From Candidatus Shapirobacteria bacterium (GTDB taxonomy: Bacteria > Patescibacteriota > Microgenomatia > UBA12405), in assembly GCA_041663805.1 (NCBI GenBank), contig JBAYMA010000001.1, positions 1 through 27,799 on the forward strand: a stretch of DNA of 27,799 bases, read 5' to 3'. The position numbers and the translations under genes were made by a program. Of the stretch, positions 7,561 through 17,380 are shown one piece after another (the first letter of the stretch is position 1; each line of letters opens with the position of its first letter). The notes under the pieces were generated by a model, which was given only the letters and a program-made list of their open reading frames with translations, did not search any database and was not told the origin of the DNA.

Positions 7561-8217
7561 TTATTCTTCATTACAACCACTACCACAACATTTCCAGACA
7601 CAACCAGCCTCACATCCACTAGAGTAATAACAAGTACCATTACTACTTAGATCACAACTTCCAATACCACCATCACAATGACCGCCTGTCCACATAGAAC
7701 AAAGATTTTTATTACAATTATCATTCAAAATAGTTTCATACCATAGTATATTTGAACTAGATACCCCAAAATTTGCCGTATCTTTAGTAAAACCAACTAA
7801 ATAATATTTATCTTCACTGGTATACCATTCAGTTGGAATATCTTTATCTAATTTATTTTCCAAATTTGTTACCACCTTAAAACTACTAGGACCAGAAGCC
7901 ATACTATAAACCTGACCATCTGGATCACATGGCCAATTTTTTATATAACCATCAATACCAGCAATATGTTCACCACAATTACCAACTACATTCCAAGTAT
8001 TAATATCTGTTGCAGTTGGATAAGTTTTTTTGTCATTGTAATATTCTTCAAAAGCAATTTTAATTTTATTCAAATCACTTTTTCTTCTGGCATCTTTAGC
8101 TCTTCCAATTAAAGCAATCGGATTAATAATACCTATTAAAATAGTCGCCATTGCTACCAAAATTGCTATTACTATTAAAAGTTCTGCCAATGTAAAACCA
8201 CGATTATTTCTTTTCAT
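7561..8217 (-). CDS. Type IV pilin with Cys-rich C-terminal module (start revised from 8250 to 8217)
   Basis: MKRNNRG|FTLAELL; INP...RAKDARRKSDL; 10 Cys in the last ~50 aa. Confidence 0.85.
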   Translation of the reverse strand: MKRNNRGFTLAELLIVIAILVAMATILIGIINPIALIGRAKDARRKSDLNKIKIAFEEYYNDKKTYPTATDINTWNVVGNCGEHIAGIDGYIKNWPCDPDGQVYSMASGPSSFKVVTNLENKLDKDIPTEWYTSEDKYYLVGFTKDTANFGVSSSNILWYETILNDNCNKNLCSMWTGGHCDGGIGSCDLSSNGTCYYSSGCEAGCVWKCCGSGCNEE

Positions 8218-8225
8218 ACTTAATA

Positions 8226-9011
8226 CTATATACCAAATACTAAATGCCAAATACTATTTCCCCAAAACCAAGCTACCAAAGTCCCTAAAATTAAAAAAGG
8301 TCCAAAAGGTATTTGGGCTTTTCTTTTTATTTTTTTAAAAACCAATAAAACCAAACTAACTAAAGCTCCTACTATAAAGGCTACATAAAAAGCGATTACT
8401 ACTTTAGGATAACCTAAAAATAATCCCATAAAAAAGGCAAATTTTACATCTCCTATACCCATACCTTTACCTTTAGTAATTAAATTTAATATTAATAAAA
8501 ATCCCATCGAAGCTAATGCCACCAAAAAATAATTCCATTCACCAAAATGTCCCAAAAACCAAAATACCAAAGCACTAATAATTAATAATATTGTCACTAC
8601 GTCTGGCAAAATCATATATTTCCAATCAAACACTGCACTAAAAACCAATAAAACAATTATTAATAATCCCAATCCACATTGTAATGGTGATCCTTGTAAT
8701 TTTCCTATAGAAAAATAAATTACAAATAAAATTCCCATCATCAATTCAATTATAGGGTAGAGGATTGGCAAATTTTTTCCACAACATCTAGTTTTTCCTT
8801 TCTGAATTATCCAAGACAATATTGGAACATTTTCATACCATTTCAATTGTTTACCACAAAAATCACAAAACGATCGGTTTTTATTTAAAATATTTATTTT
8901 TTTATTTTTCAGAATACCATACTTCTTTGCAGTTCGATAAACCAACATATTTACAAAACTTCCCAAACACAACCCAAGGGTAAAAACTAATATTATAAAT
9001 AAAATTACCAA
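8226..9011 (-). CDS. pilD: Prepilin peptidase (A24A) with N-terminal Zn/methyltransferase domain
   Basis: GSFVNM..YR, RSFCDFC, WYENVPILSW..QKG..RCC, FDW...ILPD, GMGIGDVK, IPFGPFL. Confidence 0.96.
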   Translation of the reverse strand: MVILFIILVFTLGLCLGSFVNMLVYRTAKKYGILKNKKINILNKNRSFCDFCGKQLKWYENVPILSWIIQKGKTRCCGKNLPILYPIIELMMGILFVIYFSIGKLQGSPLQCGLGLLIIVLLVFSAVFDWKYMILPDVVTILLIISALVFWFLGHFGEWNYFLVALASMGFLLILNLITKGKGMGIGDVKFAFFMGLFLGYPKVVIAFYVAFIVGALVSLVLLVFKKIKRKAQIPFGPFLILGTLVAWFWGNSIWHLVFGI

Positions 9012-9017
9012 TTTAAA

Positions 9018-9665
9018 TTAATTGATTAAACCTTCTGGTACGCACAATAAATTAGCATCAGTGGCACTAATTACATCAGTCCAAGTAGCTGGAACTGTAC
9101 AACCACCTACTGCTTGATCAATCAAAGTAGCAGTAGCAGCAGCACCTCCAATAGTACTAACACCGCTAATACATTTTAATTGAACATTATCTGCCTTTCT
9201 ATTTGCTTTAGCTGCTGGATGAAAACAAACATAATTAGAACCAGAAGTTCCATTATGAAAAACATACATTTTATTAGATTCCAAAACACCAGCTACAAAA
9301 GATTCTTTTCCCTTAAAAGATCCTTTAAGTTCAGAAGTTGATATTAAATCTCCATCAGTTGAACCTTGATCTCCAATAATTCCAAAACGATAATCTAAAC
9401 TTTCAAAAGCTACATCTGCTGTTTTATCTATAACTGCTTGAGTCCCGACATTCCAAGAATAACTAGTTTGAGATGCATAATATCTTTCAATTGCACTTAA
9501 CACTTCAGCGGCATCATTTTTAAATTTAGCATCACGAGCTTTATTTGTTTGTTCAATAGGATTAATAGTTGCTAAAACTGCTACTGATAAAATTGCTATC
9601 AAAGCAATAACGATCAACAATTCTACTAATGTAAAACCCTTCTCAAAAATTACTCTTTTTTTCAT
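9018..9665 (-). CDS. Type IV pilin, candidate major pilin
   Basis: EKG|FTLVELLIVIALIAIL; INP.EQ.NKARDA; first pilin after pilC; four Cys. The major-pilin role is inferred from position. Confidence 0.85.
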   Translation of the reverse strand: MKKRVIFEKGFTLVELLIVIALIAILSVAVLATINPIEQTNKARDAKFKNDAAEVLSAIERYYASQTSYSWNVGTQAVIDKTADVAFESLDYRFGIIGDQGSTDGDLISTSELKGSFKGKESFVAGVLESNKMYVFHNGTSGSNYVCFHPAAKANRKADNVQLKCISGVSTIGGAAATATLIDQAVGGCTVPATWTDVISATDANLLCVPEGLIN

Positions 9666-9711
9666 TTTTTTTTAAAATTAAATTTTAATATTCTAATATC
9701 ATTATTTACTA

Positions 9712-10920
9712 CTAAAATTGTGATGTCAAGTTATAGATTGGCATTACTACAGCTACCATCAAAAAAGCCACCCCTAAACCCAACAAAATCATAATTAATG
9801 GCTCAATTGCCGAAGTTAAAGCTTTTACTGATTGTTCAGCCTCAGTCGAAAAATAATCCGACACCCGCATCAATACTTCATCTAGTTTACCCGTCGCCTC
9901 ACCAGTTGACACCATCTGATTAACAATAACCGGGAATATTCCAGTTTCTTCAAAAGAATTAGCAATACTAAAACCTTTTTGCACTCGTTCCGCAATTTGT
10001 AAATAAGCATTCAAAAATAGGGCATTATCAGCCACATTAGCCACAATTCTCAATGCATCTACTAAAGGAATTCCTGCTCCTAATAACATCGCCAAAGTTC
10101 TAATTGTTGATGCCAAAATATTCTTTTGAGTTAAATCTCCCATTATTGGTAATTTAATTTTAAAAGTATCCAGTTTTAATTTAAAATTTTTGTTCTTACC
10201 ACCAACTCTAAATAATAAAATTCCACCAATAATTAATATTGGTATTAAAAACCAAAATTTAATCATAAAATTTGACATCGCCATTAATGCCATTGTTGAA
10301 GCTGGCATTTGAGAACCCATATCACCATACAAACCAATCAATTTTGGAATTACAAAAATCATCATAATAATAACTACCGCCACCATACCAATTACCACTA
10401 TTACTGGATAAATCATTGCTCCTTTAACCTTACCTTCAAATTCACTTTGTTTTTCTAAATTATCAGCTAATTTATTCATCACATCATCTAAAACCCCTGC
10501 CGCTTCTCCAGCATTAACCGAAGCAATATAAGCTTCTCCAAATACTTTTTTATATTTACCCAAACCATCGGCTAAACTATGACCACCCTGAACAGTGTTT
10601 AAAGTATAATCCAAAATTTCAAACATTAATCCATCTTTTTCTGTTTGATTTTTTAGAAGAGATAAAGCATCAGTTAACGGTAATCCTGAATTCATCATTG
10701 TCGACAATTGTCGAGTAAAATTTGTTACTTGTTTTAATCCAACTTTGGAAAAAATATTTCGATAAATTTCCTTAATTAAGGTTTGATTTTCTTCCATTAT
10801 CATCAAAGGTACTAAACCATCATTTTTCATCGATTCCACCACTGCTGCCTTATCATGTAAATCAACCACTCCTTTTATTAATTTTCCATTCCAATCTTTA
10901 GCTTTATATACAAATTTCAT
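9712..10920 (-). CDS. pilC: Type IV pilus platform protein (T2SS F family)
   Basis: FTRQLSTMMNSGLPL, AGEAAGVLD, AMIYP, GEATGKLD and EPLIMILLG motifs of the two GspF domains. Confidence 0.96.
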   Translation of the reverse strand: MKFVYKAKDWNGKLIKGVVDLHDKAAVVESMKNDGLVPLMIMEENQTLIKEIYRNIFSKVGLKQVTNFTRQLSTMMNSGLPLTDALSLLKNQTEKDGLMFEILDYTLNTVQGGHSLADGLGKYKKVFGEAYIASVNAGEAAGVLDDVMNKLADNLEKQSEFEGKVKGAMIYPVIVVIGMVAVVIIMMIFVIPKLIGLYGDMGSQMPASTMALMAMSNFMIKFWFLIPILIIGGILLFRVGGKNKNFKLKLDTFKIKLPIMGDLTQKNILASTIRTLAMLLGAGIPLVDALRIVANVADNALFLNAYLQIAERVQKGFSIANSFEETGIFPVIVNQMVSTGEATGKLDEVLMRVSDYFSTEAEQSVKALTSAIEPLIMILLGLGVAFLMVAVVMPIYNLTSQF

Positions 10921-10922
10921 AT

Positions 10923-11990
10923 TTAAAAATTGCTTTTTCTTAATTTATTTTTAAAATCTAAAGGATTAATTACATAATTAATTGCTACTTCTTCAGTTAT
11001 TTTTCCACCTAAAACTAATTTTGCTAAATAATCATCTAAACTAATCATTCCCACATCAGCCCCTGTTTGAATTACATTATCAAGCATAAAAGTTTTTCCT
11101 TCCCTAATCATATTTTTAACTGCTGAATTAGTCATTAAAACTTCAAAAGCTGGTACTCGACCACCGCCAATTGCGGGAATTAATCTTTGAGAAACTATTG
11201 CTGTCAAAACCGAAGCCAATTGAACTCTTACTTGCTCTTTTACATTAGCCGGAAAAACATCAATTATTCTATCAATAGTTTGTGAAGCTGAATTAGTGTG
11301 TAATACCGAAAATACTAAATGACCAGTTTCAGCAATTGTCAACGCTGATTGAATTGAATCTAAATCTCTCATCTCTCCTATAAAAACTACATTTGGATCT
11401 TGTCTCAAACAAGATTTTAAGGCACTGCCAAAATCATTAGTATCTTCACCCAATTCTCTTTGAGAAATTATTGATTTATCTGGTTTTAATAAATACTCAA
11501 CTGGATCTTCAATAGTTACAATATGGCCATTTCTGGTTTTATTGATTTCATTTAATAAAGAAGCTACTGTAGTTGATTTACCATGTCCAGTTGGACCAGT
11601 AATCAAAACAAAACCTTGTTTATAATTTATAAAATTTCTCAAGATATCCGGTAAATTTAAACTCTCAAATGTTGGAATATCAGAAGCAAGAATTCTCAAA
11701 ACACAGGCTAATGTTTCTTTTTGCCAATAAACATTAGCTCTTAATCTTGATCCAACAGCATCAAATGAAAAATCTAATTCTTTTAAATCTTTTAAATTTT
11801 CTCTTTGTTTATCACTAATTAATGAATCTATCATTTCAACCACTAATTTTTCTTCCAAAATTGGCCAATTCGTCGCATCTATCAAATCTCCATTAATTCT
11901 AATTTTTGGAATAATTCCTGCCATCAAATGAACATCAGAAGCTTTATTAGCTACCGCTAAAGATAATAGTTCTTGTAGTTTTGTATGCAT
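10923..11990 (-). CDS. pilT: Type IV pilus retraction ATPase
   Basis: ASDVHL, GPTGHGKST, TIEDPVE, LRQDPNV..IGEMRD, AETGHLV..LHT, AVKNMIREGK (AIRNLIRE-type motif). Confidence 0.96.
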   Translation of the reverse strand: MHTKLQELLSLAVANKASDVHLMAGIIPKIRINGDLIDATNWPILEEKLVVEMIDSLISDKQRENLKDLKELDFSFDAVGSRLRANVYWQKETLACVLRILASDIPTFESLNLPDILRNFINYKQGFVLITGPTGHGKSTTVASLLNEINKTRNGHIVTIEDPVEYLLKPDKSIISQRELGEDTNDFGSALKSCLRQDPNVVFIGEMRDLDSIQSALTIAETGHLVFSVLHTNSASQTIDRIIDVFPANVKEQVRVQLASVLTAIVSQRLIPAIGGGRVPAFEVLMTNSAVKNMIREGKTFMLDNVIQTGADVGMISLDDYLAKLVLGGKITEEVAINYVINPLDFKNKLRKSNF

Positions 11991-12003
11991 TTTTTTTAAT
12001 TAA

Positions 12004-13743
12004 TTAATATTGAGCAACTCTAATAACTTCATCTAAAGTAGTAACTCCTTCTAAAATTTTGACATAACCATCTTGTTTCATAGTCAACATACCATCCTCC
12101 ATAGCTTGTTTTTGAATCGTTGCTGCTGCTGCCTTTTCTATTACCAATTTGCTTATTTTTTCAGAAATTGGCATCACTTCATAAATTGCTACCCGACCCA
12201 AATAACCAGTATTATTACATTTTGCACAACCAACTATTTTAGGTATTTTTAAAGTCCCTCCGTCTTTTTTATATTTATCTTCGATCAAATTGTAAACTGG
12301 CCCTAAAGTGGTTTGAATATCTTGTTTTTGTTCTGGTGTCATTTCCATTTCACTAACACAATCCTTACAAACTTTTCTTAATACTCTCTGAGCTACCACA
12401 CAATTAAGAGAAGACACTAATAAAAATGGTTCGCAGCCCATATCTAAAAGTCTTGGTGGTACTCCAGAAGCATCATTTGTGTGTAATGTTGAAAAAACTA
12501 AATGTCCAGTTAATGCCGCATTTACAGCCAAATCAGCCGTCTCAGAATCACGAACTTCTCCCACCATAATTACATTTGGATCTTGACGTAAAAAAGATCG
12601 TAATGCCGAAGCAAATGTTAAACCAGCTTGAACATTGACTTGAACTTGATTAACTCCTTTCATTTGATATTCGACTGGATCTTCAATTGTTACTACATTT
12701 ACTTTAGAAGTAGCCACAATATCTAAAATAGAATATAAAGTAGTTGTTTTTCCTGAACCTGTTGGACCGCAAATAATAATAATTCCATGAGGTCTCTGAA
12801 TTGAACTCATTAAATTTTTTAAAGCCAATCCTCGTAAACCTAAATCCGGTAAAGTTGGCACTTTTTGTGATTTTTTAAGCAAACGCATTACTACTTTTTC
12901 ACCATAAGTTGTTGGTAAAGTAGAGATACGCAAATCTACATCATTTCCATCTATTGAAAAGAAAAAACGTCCATCTTGAGGTATTCTTTTTTCATCAATT
13001 TTTAAACTCGCCAAAATTTTAATTCTTGAAACTACTGCATCGTGAACATTTCGAGGTAATAAATATTTTTCCTGTAAAATACCATCAATTCTATATCTAA
13101 TTCTGACATTATCTTCTTGTGGTTCAATATGAATATCTGAAGCTCTTGATTTAACAGCATATTCTAATATTGTCGAAACTATTTTAGCTACTGGTGCTTC
13201 AACTGCTACTTTTTCCTGAACTTTCTTCATATCAGTTTCATCTACTTTTCTCTCATCTAAGGCCTTATTTACTTCTGAAGTAATATTTTTCTCTCTAATA
13301 TATTTCTCTTTTATAAAGCTACTTATCTGCTTTTCTGTCGACATGGCCGCACTTATTTTTAGGCTTGTTTTTTTCTCCAAAAATTCCAAAGTCTCCAAAT
13401 CAAGAGGATTTACCATGGTTACAAACAAAGTTTTTGTTTTTGGATCCAATCGATAGGGGACTATTTTATATTTTTCAGCCACACTTTCCGGCACTAAACT
13501 CAAAGCTTCAGGTGAAAAACCAATATTATCCAAATCTACAAAAGGTACTTTTAAAAATTGGGCTTTAGCTTTAACAAAATCTTCTTCAGAAACCAATCTC
13601 AATAATTTAATTATTTCCTCTTCTGATTCACCAGTTTTAAGTTGTCTCAAATTAATTTCTTCAGCTTTAGCATCATCAATCAAACCTTGATCTTTTAAAA
13701 CTTCTTTTAAATTCTTATATATTTTTGTCCCAAAATCATTCAT
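12004..13743 (-). CDS. pilB: Type IV pilus assembly ATPase (start revised from 13788 to 13743)
   Basis: ASDIHIEP, R.PQDG, GPTGSGKTT, RQDPNVIMVGEVRD, CKDC...CAKC zinc site; the longer start would overlap divergent holB. Confidence 0.95.
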   Translation of the reverse strand: MNDFGTKIYKNLKEVLKDQGLIDDAKAEEINLRQLKTGESEEEIIKLLRLVSEEDFVKAKAQFLKVPFVDLDNIGFSPEALSLVPESVAEKYKIVPYRLDPKTKTLFVTMVNPLDLETLEFLEKKTSLKISAAMSTEKQISSFIKEKYIREKNITSEVNKALDERKVDETDMKKVQEKVAVEAPVAKIVSTILEYAVKSRASDIHIEPQEDNVRIRYRIDGILQEKYLLPRNVHDAVVSRIKILASLKIDEKRIPQDGRFFFSIDGNDVDLRISTLPTTYGEKVVMRLLKKSQKVPTLPDLGLRGLALKNLMSSIQRPHGIIIICGPTGSGKTTTLYSILDIVATSKVNVVTIEDPVEYQMKGVNQVQVNVQAGLTFASALRSFLRQDPNVIMVGEVRDSETADLAVNAALTGHLVFSTLHTNDASGVPPRLLDMGCEPFLLVSSLNCVVAQRVLRKVCKDCVSEMEMTPEQKQDIQTTLGPVYNLIEDKYKKDGGTLKIPKIVGCAKCNNTGYLGRVAIYEVMPISEKISKLVIEKAAAATIQKQAMEDGMLTMKQDGYVKILEGVTTLDEVIRVAQY

Positions 13744-13770
13744 AATATATAAACATAGTACATTTTTTTT

Positions 13771-14430
13771 ATGATCAACACAAGCCAAATGGACCTCTTT
13801 CCTTCCACTTTAATTGTCTCTTCAGATAAAGAAACAATTAACCTTAAAATAGACCAAATATGCAATTATCTTGGTCAAAAAATAACCCCTAATAATCCTG
13901 ATATTTTTATTATTAATCAAGACACTGGTTGGACTATCGAATTAACTCGTCAAATAAAAAATTTTTTATCCCAAAAACCTTTTAACCATAAAAATAAAAT
14001 TGTTATTGTTTACGAAGCTCACAATTTAAATACCGAATCTCAAAATGCTTTACTAAAAACTCTCGAAGAACCGGGAGAAAATAATTATTTAGTAATTACT
14101 ACTTCTAAACCATCAAAAATACTTTCTACTGTTACTTCTCGTTGTCATCTAATAAAACTTAAAAATTCTTATTTTTTAGACCAAGAAATAAAACCATTAT
14201 TGATTACCAATGATATTAAAAAAGATTTGTTCTTTAGTGAATCCATCTCTAAAAATAAAGATCAAGTATTACCTTTTTTAGAAGCACAACTTAAAATTTA
14301 TCAAAAAATTATTCTCGACCAGCCTAGTCAATCAAATTCTCAAATTATCAAAAAAATAATCAAATCAATTCAAATGATTAATGCTAACGTCGATCCTAAA
14401 TCCGCCCTCGACTATATATATTTAGCTTAA
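13771..14430 (+). CDS. holB: DNA polymerase III delta-prime subunit, short form
   Basis: NPD, KPF..KNKIVIV.EAHNLN.ESQNALLKTLEEP, ILSTVTSRC. The true start may be 13789. Confidence 0.88.
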   Translation: MINTSQMDLFPSTLIVSSDKETINLKIDQICNYLGQKITPNNPDIFIINQDTGWTIELTRQIKNFLSQKPFNHKNKIVIVYEAHNLNTESQNALLKTLEEPGENNYLVITTSKPSKILSTVTSRCHLIKLKNSYFLDQEIKPLLITNDIKKDLFFSESISKNKDQVLPFLEAQLKIYQKIILDQPSQSNSQIIKKIIKSIQMINANVDPKSALDYIYLA

Positions 14431-15951
14431 TTATCTAAGCCAAATTGATTCATAAAGATTTGGTCTAATTATTCTTACTTTTGGAAATTTTATTTCAAAA
14501 TCAAAAGCCATTTTTTGTCTAGAAGATTCTCTACCATGACAAATAATGATAGTGTCTAAATATAGTAGATTGTATCTGTCTAAATACCCATTAACTTCTC
14601 CTGGTCCACTAGCATGACTAGTAAAACCATCTATTTGAAAAACTTGAGCTCCAACTGATTTTTCTTTTTTATGTTTTTTTGAAAATTTATTATTTAATTG
14701 TTCATTCTCCAATTCTCTGTCTTTTTTTTGTTTTTCTCTATAAAGCATATTTGCTCCACGAGTACTATCAACTTGAAAACAAGTAAAAATAACCGCATTT
14801 TTAGGATTTTTACAAAAATCACCTTTTAAATAATTAACCACTCTACCATGATCAGCCATTCCACCACCAGCTAAAATAATCGCTTTTTTATTACAACAAG
14901 CCATTTTTTTATCATTTAATTTTGAATCATCATGTGTCTTAATAATAGTTAAATTTTTTAAATCAAATCTAGATATACTACTTTCAGGTGTTTTATAAAA
15001 ATTAGGGTCGTTTCCATATCTCGGTGACAAATAATCAGGACCAAGTTCTCGAAAAACATCTGTTATTTCCATCCCTAAAGGAGAATCTATTATAATTTCA
15101 CAATTCATAGGTATATTTCCATTTTCTTGACCATTATGAAACATTTCTATTATTTCTTGAAGTCGATGCCAAGATAAAACTGGAAAAACAGGATTACCAC
15201 CACCATCCCAAACTTTTCTAATTGTGTTTAATAATTTTTCCTTTTTTTCCTCAAAAGGAACTGGTTCTTTTTCATAATTAGTTGAATCAATTATCAATGT
15301 ATTAATTGGATCATTTGGATAATTGTCAACAAAATCAAGATAACCTCCACATAAAGATTGAATTGGTTTTCCCATATCACCAGTAAAAAGTGTATTTCTG
15401 TGATTATCAGGATCTCTAATTAAGATAGAACTACTTCCTTCCACATGACCATTAATCTCAAACTCAACTGTCATATTACTATTATTTTGACCAACTTGTG
15501 TTTGTTTAAAAGGTTTTACTCCTCTCATATGTCTAAAAGTCGTATGTACATCATTCATTTCATAAATTTTATCTCCAGAATAGTATTTTGATTGTTGAAT
15601 TTCAGCCGAATTTAATAATAAAGGTTTCATAAAAGCGACAGTAACCTCTGTTGCTAATAGGTTTGGTTTAAAACCATCCTTATATATTTTTGGAATTCGA
15701 CCTGTATGGTCAACATGAGCATGAGTAACTACAATATTATTTAATCCTCTCTCTACTCCTAATAACGGTGTTAAGTTTCTTCTTTCACCTCTTTCCGATC
15801 TTTCATCATTATGACCCTGAAACATTCCTCCATCAATCAATATTTTAGAATTTTTTGTTTCTAATAAATAGAAAGATCCTGTTACTATTCCTCCAGCAGC
15901 ACCATAAGGTTTAATTAACGTACTACCTCTTGATGTTTCTACTTTTCCCAT
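14431..15951 (-). CDS. Metallo-beta-lactamase-fold beta-CASP nuclease (probable RNase)
   Basis: GAAG.IVTGS, THAHVDHTG, GHVEGS, TGDMG, IDST.Y, FTSHA and C-terminal HG motifs. Confidence 0.9.
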   Translation of the reverse strand: MGKVETSRGSTLIKPYGAAGGIVTGSFYLLETKNSKILIDGGMFQGHNDERSERGERRNLTPLLGVERGLNNIVVTHAHVDHTGRIPKIYKDGFKPNLLATEVTVAFMKPLLLNSAEIQQSKYYSGDKIYEMNDVHTTFRHMRGVKPFKQTQVGQNNSNMTVEFEINGHVEGSSSILIRDPDNHRNTLFTGDMGKPIQSLCGGYLDFVDNYPNDPINTLIIDSTNYEKEPVPFEEKKEKLLNTIRKVWDGGGNPVFPVLSWHRLQEIIEMFHNGQENGNIPMNCEIIIDSPLGMEITDVFRELGPDYLSPRYGNDPNFYKTPESSISRFDLKNLTIIKTHDDSKLNDKKMACCNKKAIILAGGGMADHGRVVNYLKGDFCKNPKNAVIFTCFQVDSTRGANMLYREKQKKDRELENEQLNNKFSKKHKKEKSVGAQVFQIDGFTSHASGPGEVNGYLDRYNLLYLDTIIICHGRESSRQKMAFDFEIKFPKVRIIRPNLYESIWLR

Positions 15952-16218
15952 TTTTTTTAAATATCAACTTTTAATAATCTATAGGTTATATTATTAATCA
16001 ATTCTTTAATACCGTCAATAACACAATATGTATCAAATTTTTTCGAACCTTAGGCATTTTTTAAACAAAAAAAATAAAAAATTAAAAAAAAATTACCAAT
16101 AATAAAATACTAATAAATCATAAGTTAAGGTAATTTTTAAACCAACTCTATGTGTAACAGATAATTATTTTTTGCAGATTTATTTTCCGCATTTTCCCCT
16201 TATTGATTTTTAAAAAAG

Positions 16219-16227
16219 TGTTATAAT
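16219..16227 (+). promoter_or_regulatory. Extended -10 promoter upstream of fic
   Basis: TGtTATAAT ending 10 nt before the ATG at 16238. Confidence 0.6.
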
Positions 16228-16237
16228 TCACCAACAC

Positions 16238-17365
16238 ATGTTTTCACCTATCTTTTCAATCAATAATAAAATTCTCAAAAATATCGGCAGTATTGAAGCT
16301 TCCAAAGCTATTATCGATGAAGCTCCTCTTATTCCAGCCTACGAAAAACAATTTCAACAAGAAGCTATTGTTAGAACAGTCCATTATGGTACTCGTATTG
16401 AAGGAAATGACCTTACTTTCCAAGAAGTTGCTAAATTAGTCGAAGGTCAAAAAATAACTGCCGGTGAAAGAGATATTCAAGAAGTTATTAACTATAGAAA
16501 TGTTATGTCTTATCTTGAAGAACTTTGGTCTCTTTATGATGCTAATATGCCTCTTCCTGAAGAAAAGAATCTCGATACTAACAATTTAAATCGTTCCTTC
16601 TTTTATAGTGAAACTATTATTAAAAGAATTCACGAGTTAACTACCACTAAGATTATTCCCGAATCAGAAATTGGTAAATATCGTCATCAACAAGTTGTTC
16701 TAAAAAATACTCGTACTGGTGAAATTGCTCATCGACCACCACCAGCTATCGAAGTTCCATATTTAATCACTGATTTTATTGATTGGCTTAATAGTCTTGA
16801 TGCTAAAGATATTCATCCTGCTATCAAATCTGCTATCACTCAATATATTTTAGTGGCTATTCATCCTTTTATTGAAGGTAATGGTCGAGTTTCTCGAGCT
16901 TTTGCTATGTTACCTCTTTATGTTGAAGGTTATGATATTCGCCGTCTTTTTTCTATGGAAGAATATTTTGATCGCAATGCTGAAGATTATTACAATACTA
17001 TTCAAAATACTCATCTTTTATCTTCTGATATTTTTAAAAGAGATTTAACTAATTGGATCACTTATTTTACTGAAGCTATATCAATTGAATTATCCCGAGT
17101 TAAGGAAAAAGTTCAATCTCTTTCTCGTGATATTAAACTCAAACAAAAACTTGGCGGTAAACAAGTTCATCTTACTGAACGTCAAATTAAATTAGTTGAA
17201 TATATGCAACAATTCGGTGGTCTTCGTATGCCTGATGCTCAACAACTTTTACCCATGGTTTCCGATGATACTATCTGGCGCGATCTTAAAAAATTAGTTG
17301 ATACTGGTGCTGTTGAAAAACGTGGTTCTACCAAAGGCGCCTATTACTGTCTAGTAAATATCTAA
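16238..17365 (+). CDS. fic: Fic-domain protein with C-terminal HTH
   Basis: HPFIEGNGRVSR Fic motif; N-terminal GTRIEGN inhibitory-helix-like motif; C-terminal T..RDL..LV..G.V...G..KG..Y winged helix. Confidence 0.93.
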   Translation: MFSPIFSINNKILKNIGSIEASKAIIDEAPLIPAYEKQFQQEAIVRTVHYGTRIEGNDLTFQEVAKLVEGQKITAGERDIQEVINYRNVMSYLEELWSLYDANMPLPEEKNLDTNNLNRSFFYSETIIKRIHELTTTKIIPESEIGKYRHQQVVLKNTRTGEIAHRPPPAIEVPYLITDFIDWLNSLDAKDIHPAIKSAITQYILVAIHPFIEGNGRVSRAFAMLPLYVEGYDIRRLFSMEEYFDRNAEDYYNTIQNTHLLSSDIFKRDLTNWITYFTEAISIELSRVKEKVQSLSRDIKLKQKLGGKQVHLTERQIKLVEYMQQFGGLRMPDAQQLLPMVSDDTIWRDLKKLVDTGAVEKRGSTKGAYYCLVNI

Positions 17366-17380
17366 GCTATAATTAGCTTA
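17363..17380 (+). promoter_or_regulatory. Palindrome containing a perfect -10 box 6 nt before the ligA ATG (leaderless promoter / possible operator)
   Basis: taagcta-taat-tagctta; TATAAT at 17368-17373; ATG at 17380. Confidence 0.55.

Noticed and set aside
6672-13788. Long N-termini in the ORF track for 6180..6761, 7561..8250 and 12004..13788
   Set aside because: The extensions overlap neighbouring genes; internal ATGs at 6671, 8217 and 13743 give typical leaders.
13771-13800. QMDLF at the HolB N-terminus resembling a beta-clamp-binding motif
   Set aside because: The Met in the motif (13789) is a plausible true start, and delta-prime is not the clamp-contacting subunit; likely chance.
16028-16102. 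24-codon Lys/Asn-rich ORF in the MBL-fic intergenic region
   Set aside because: Product of A-tracts in a divergent promoter region; no supporting signal.
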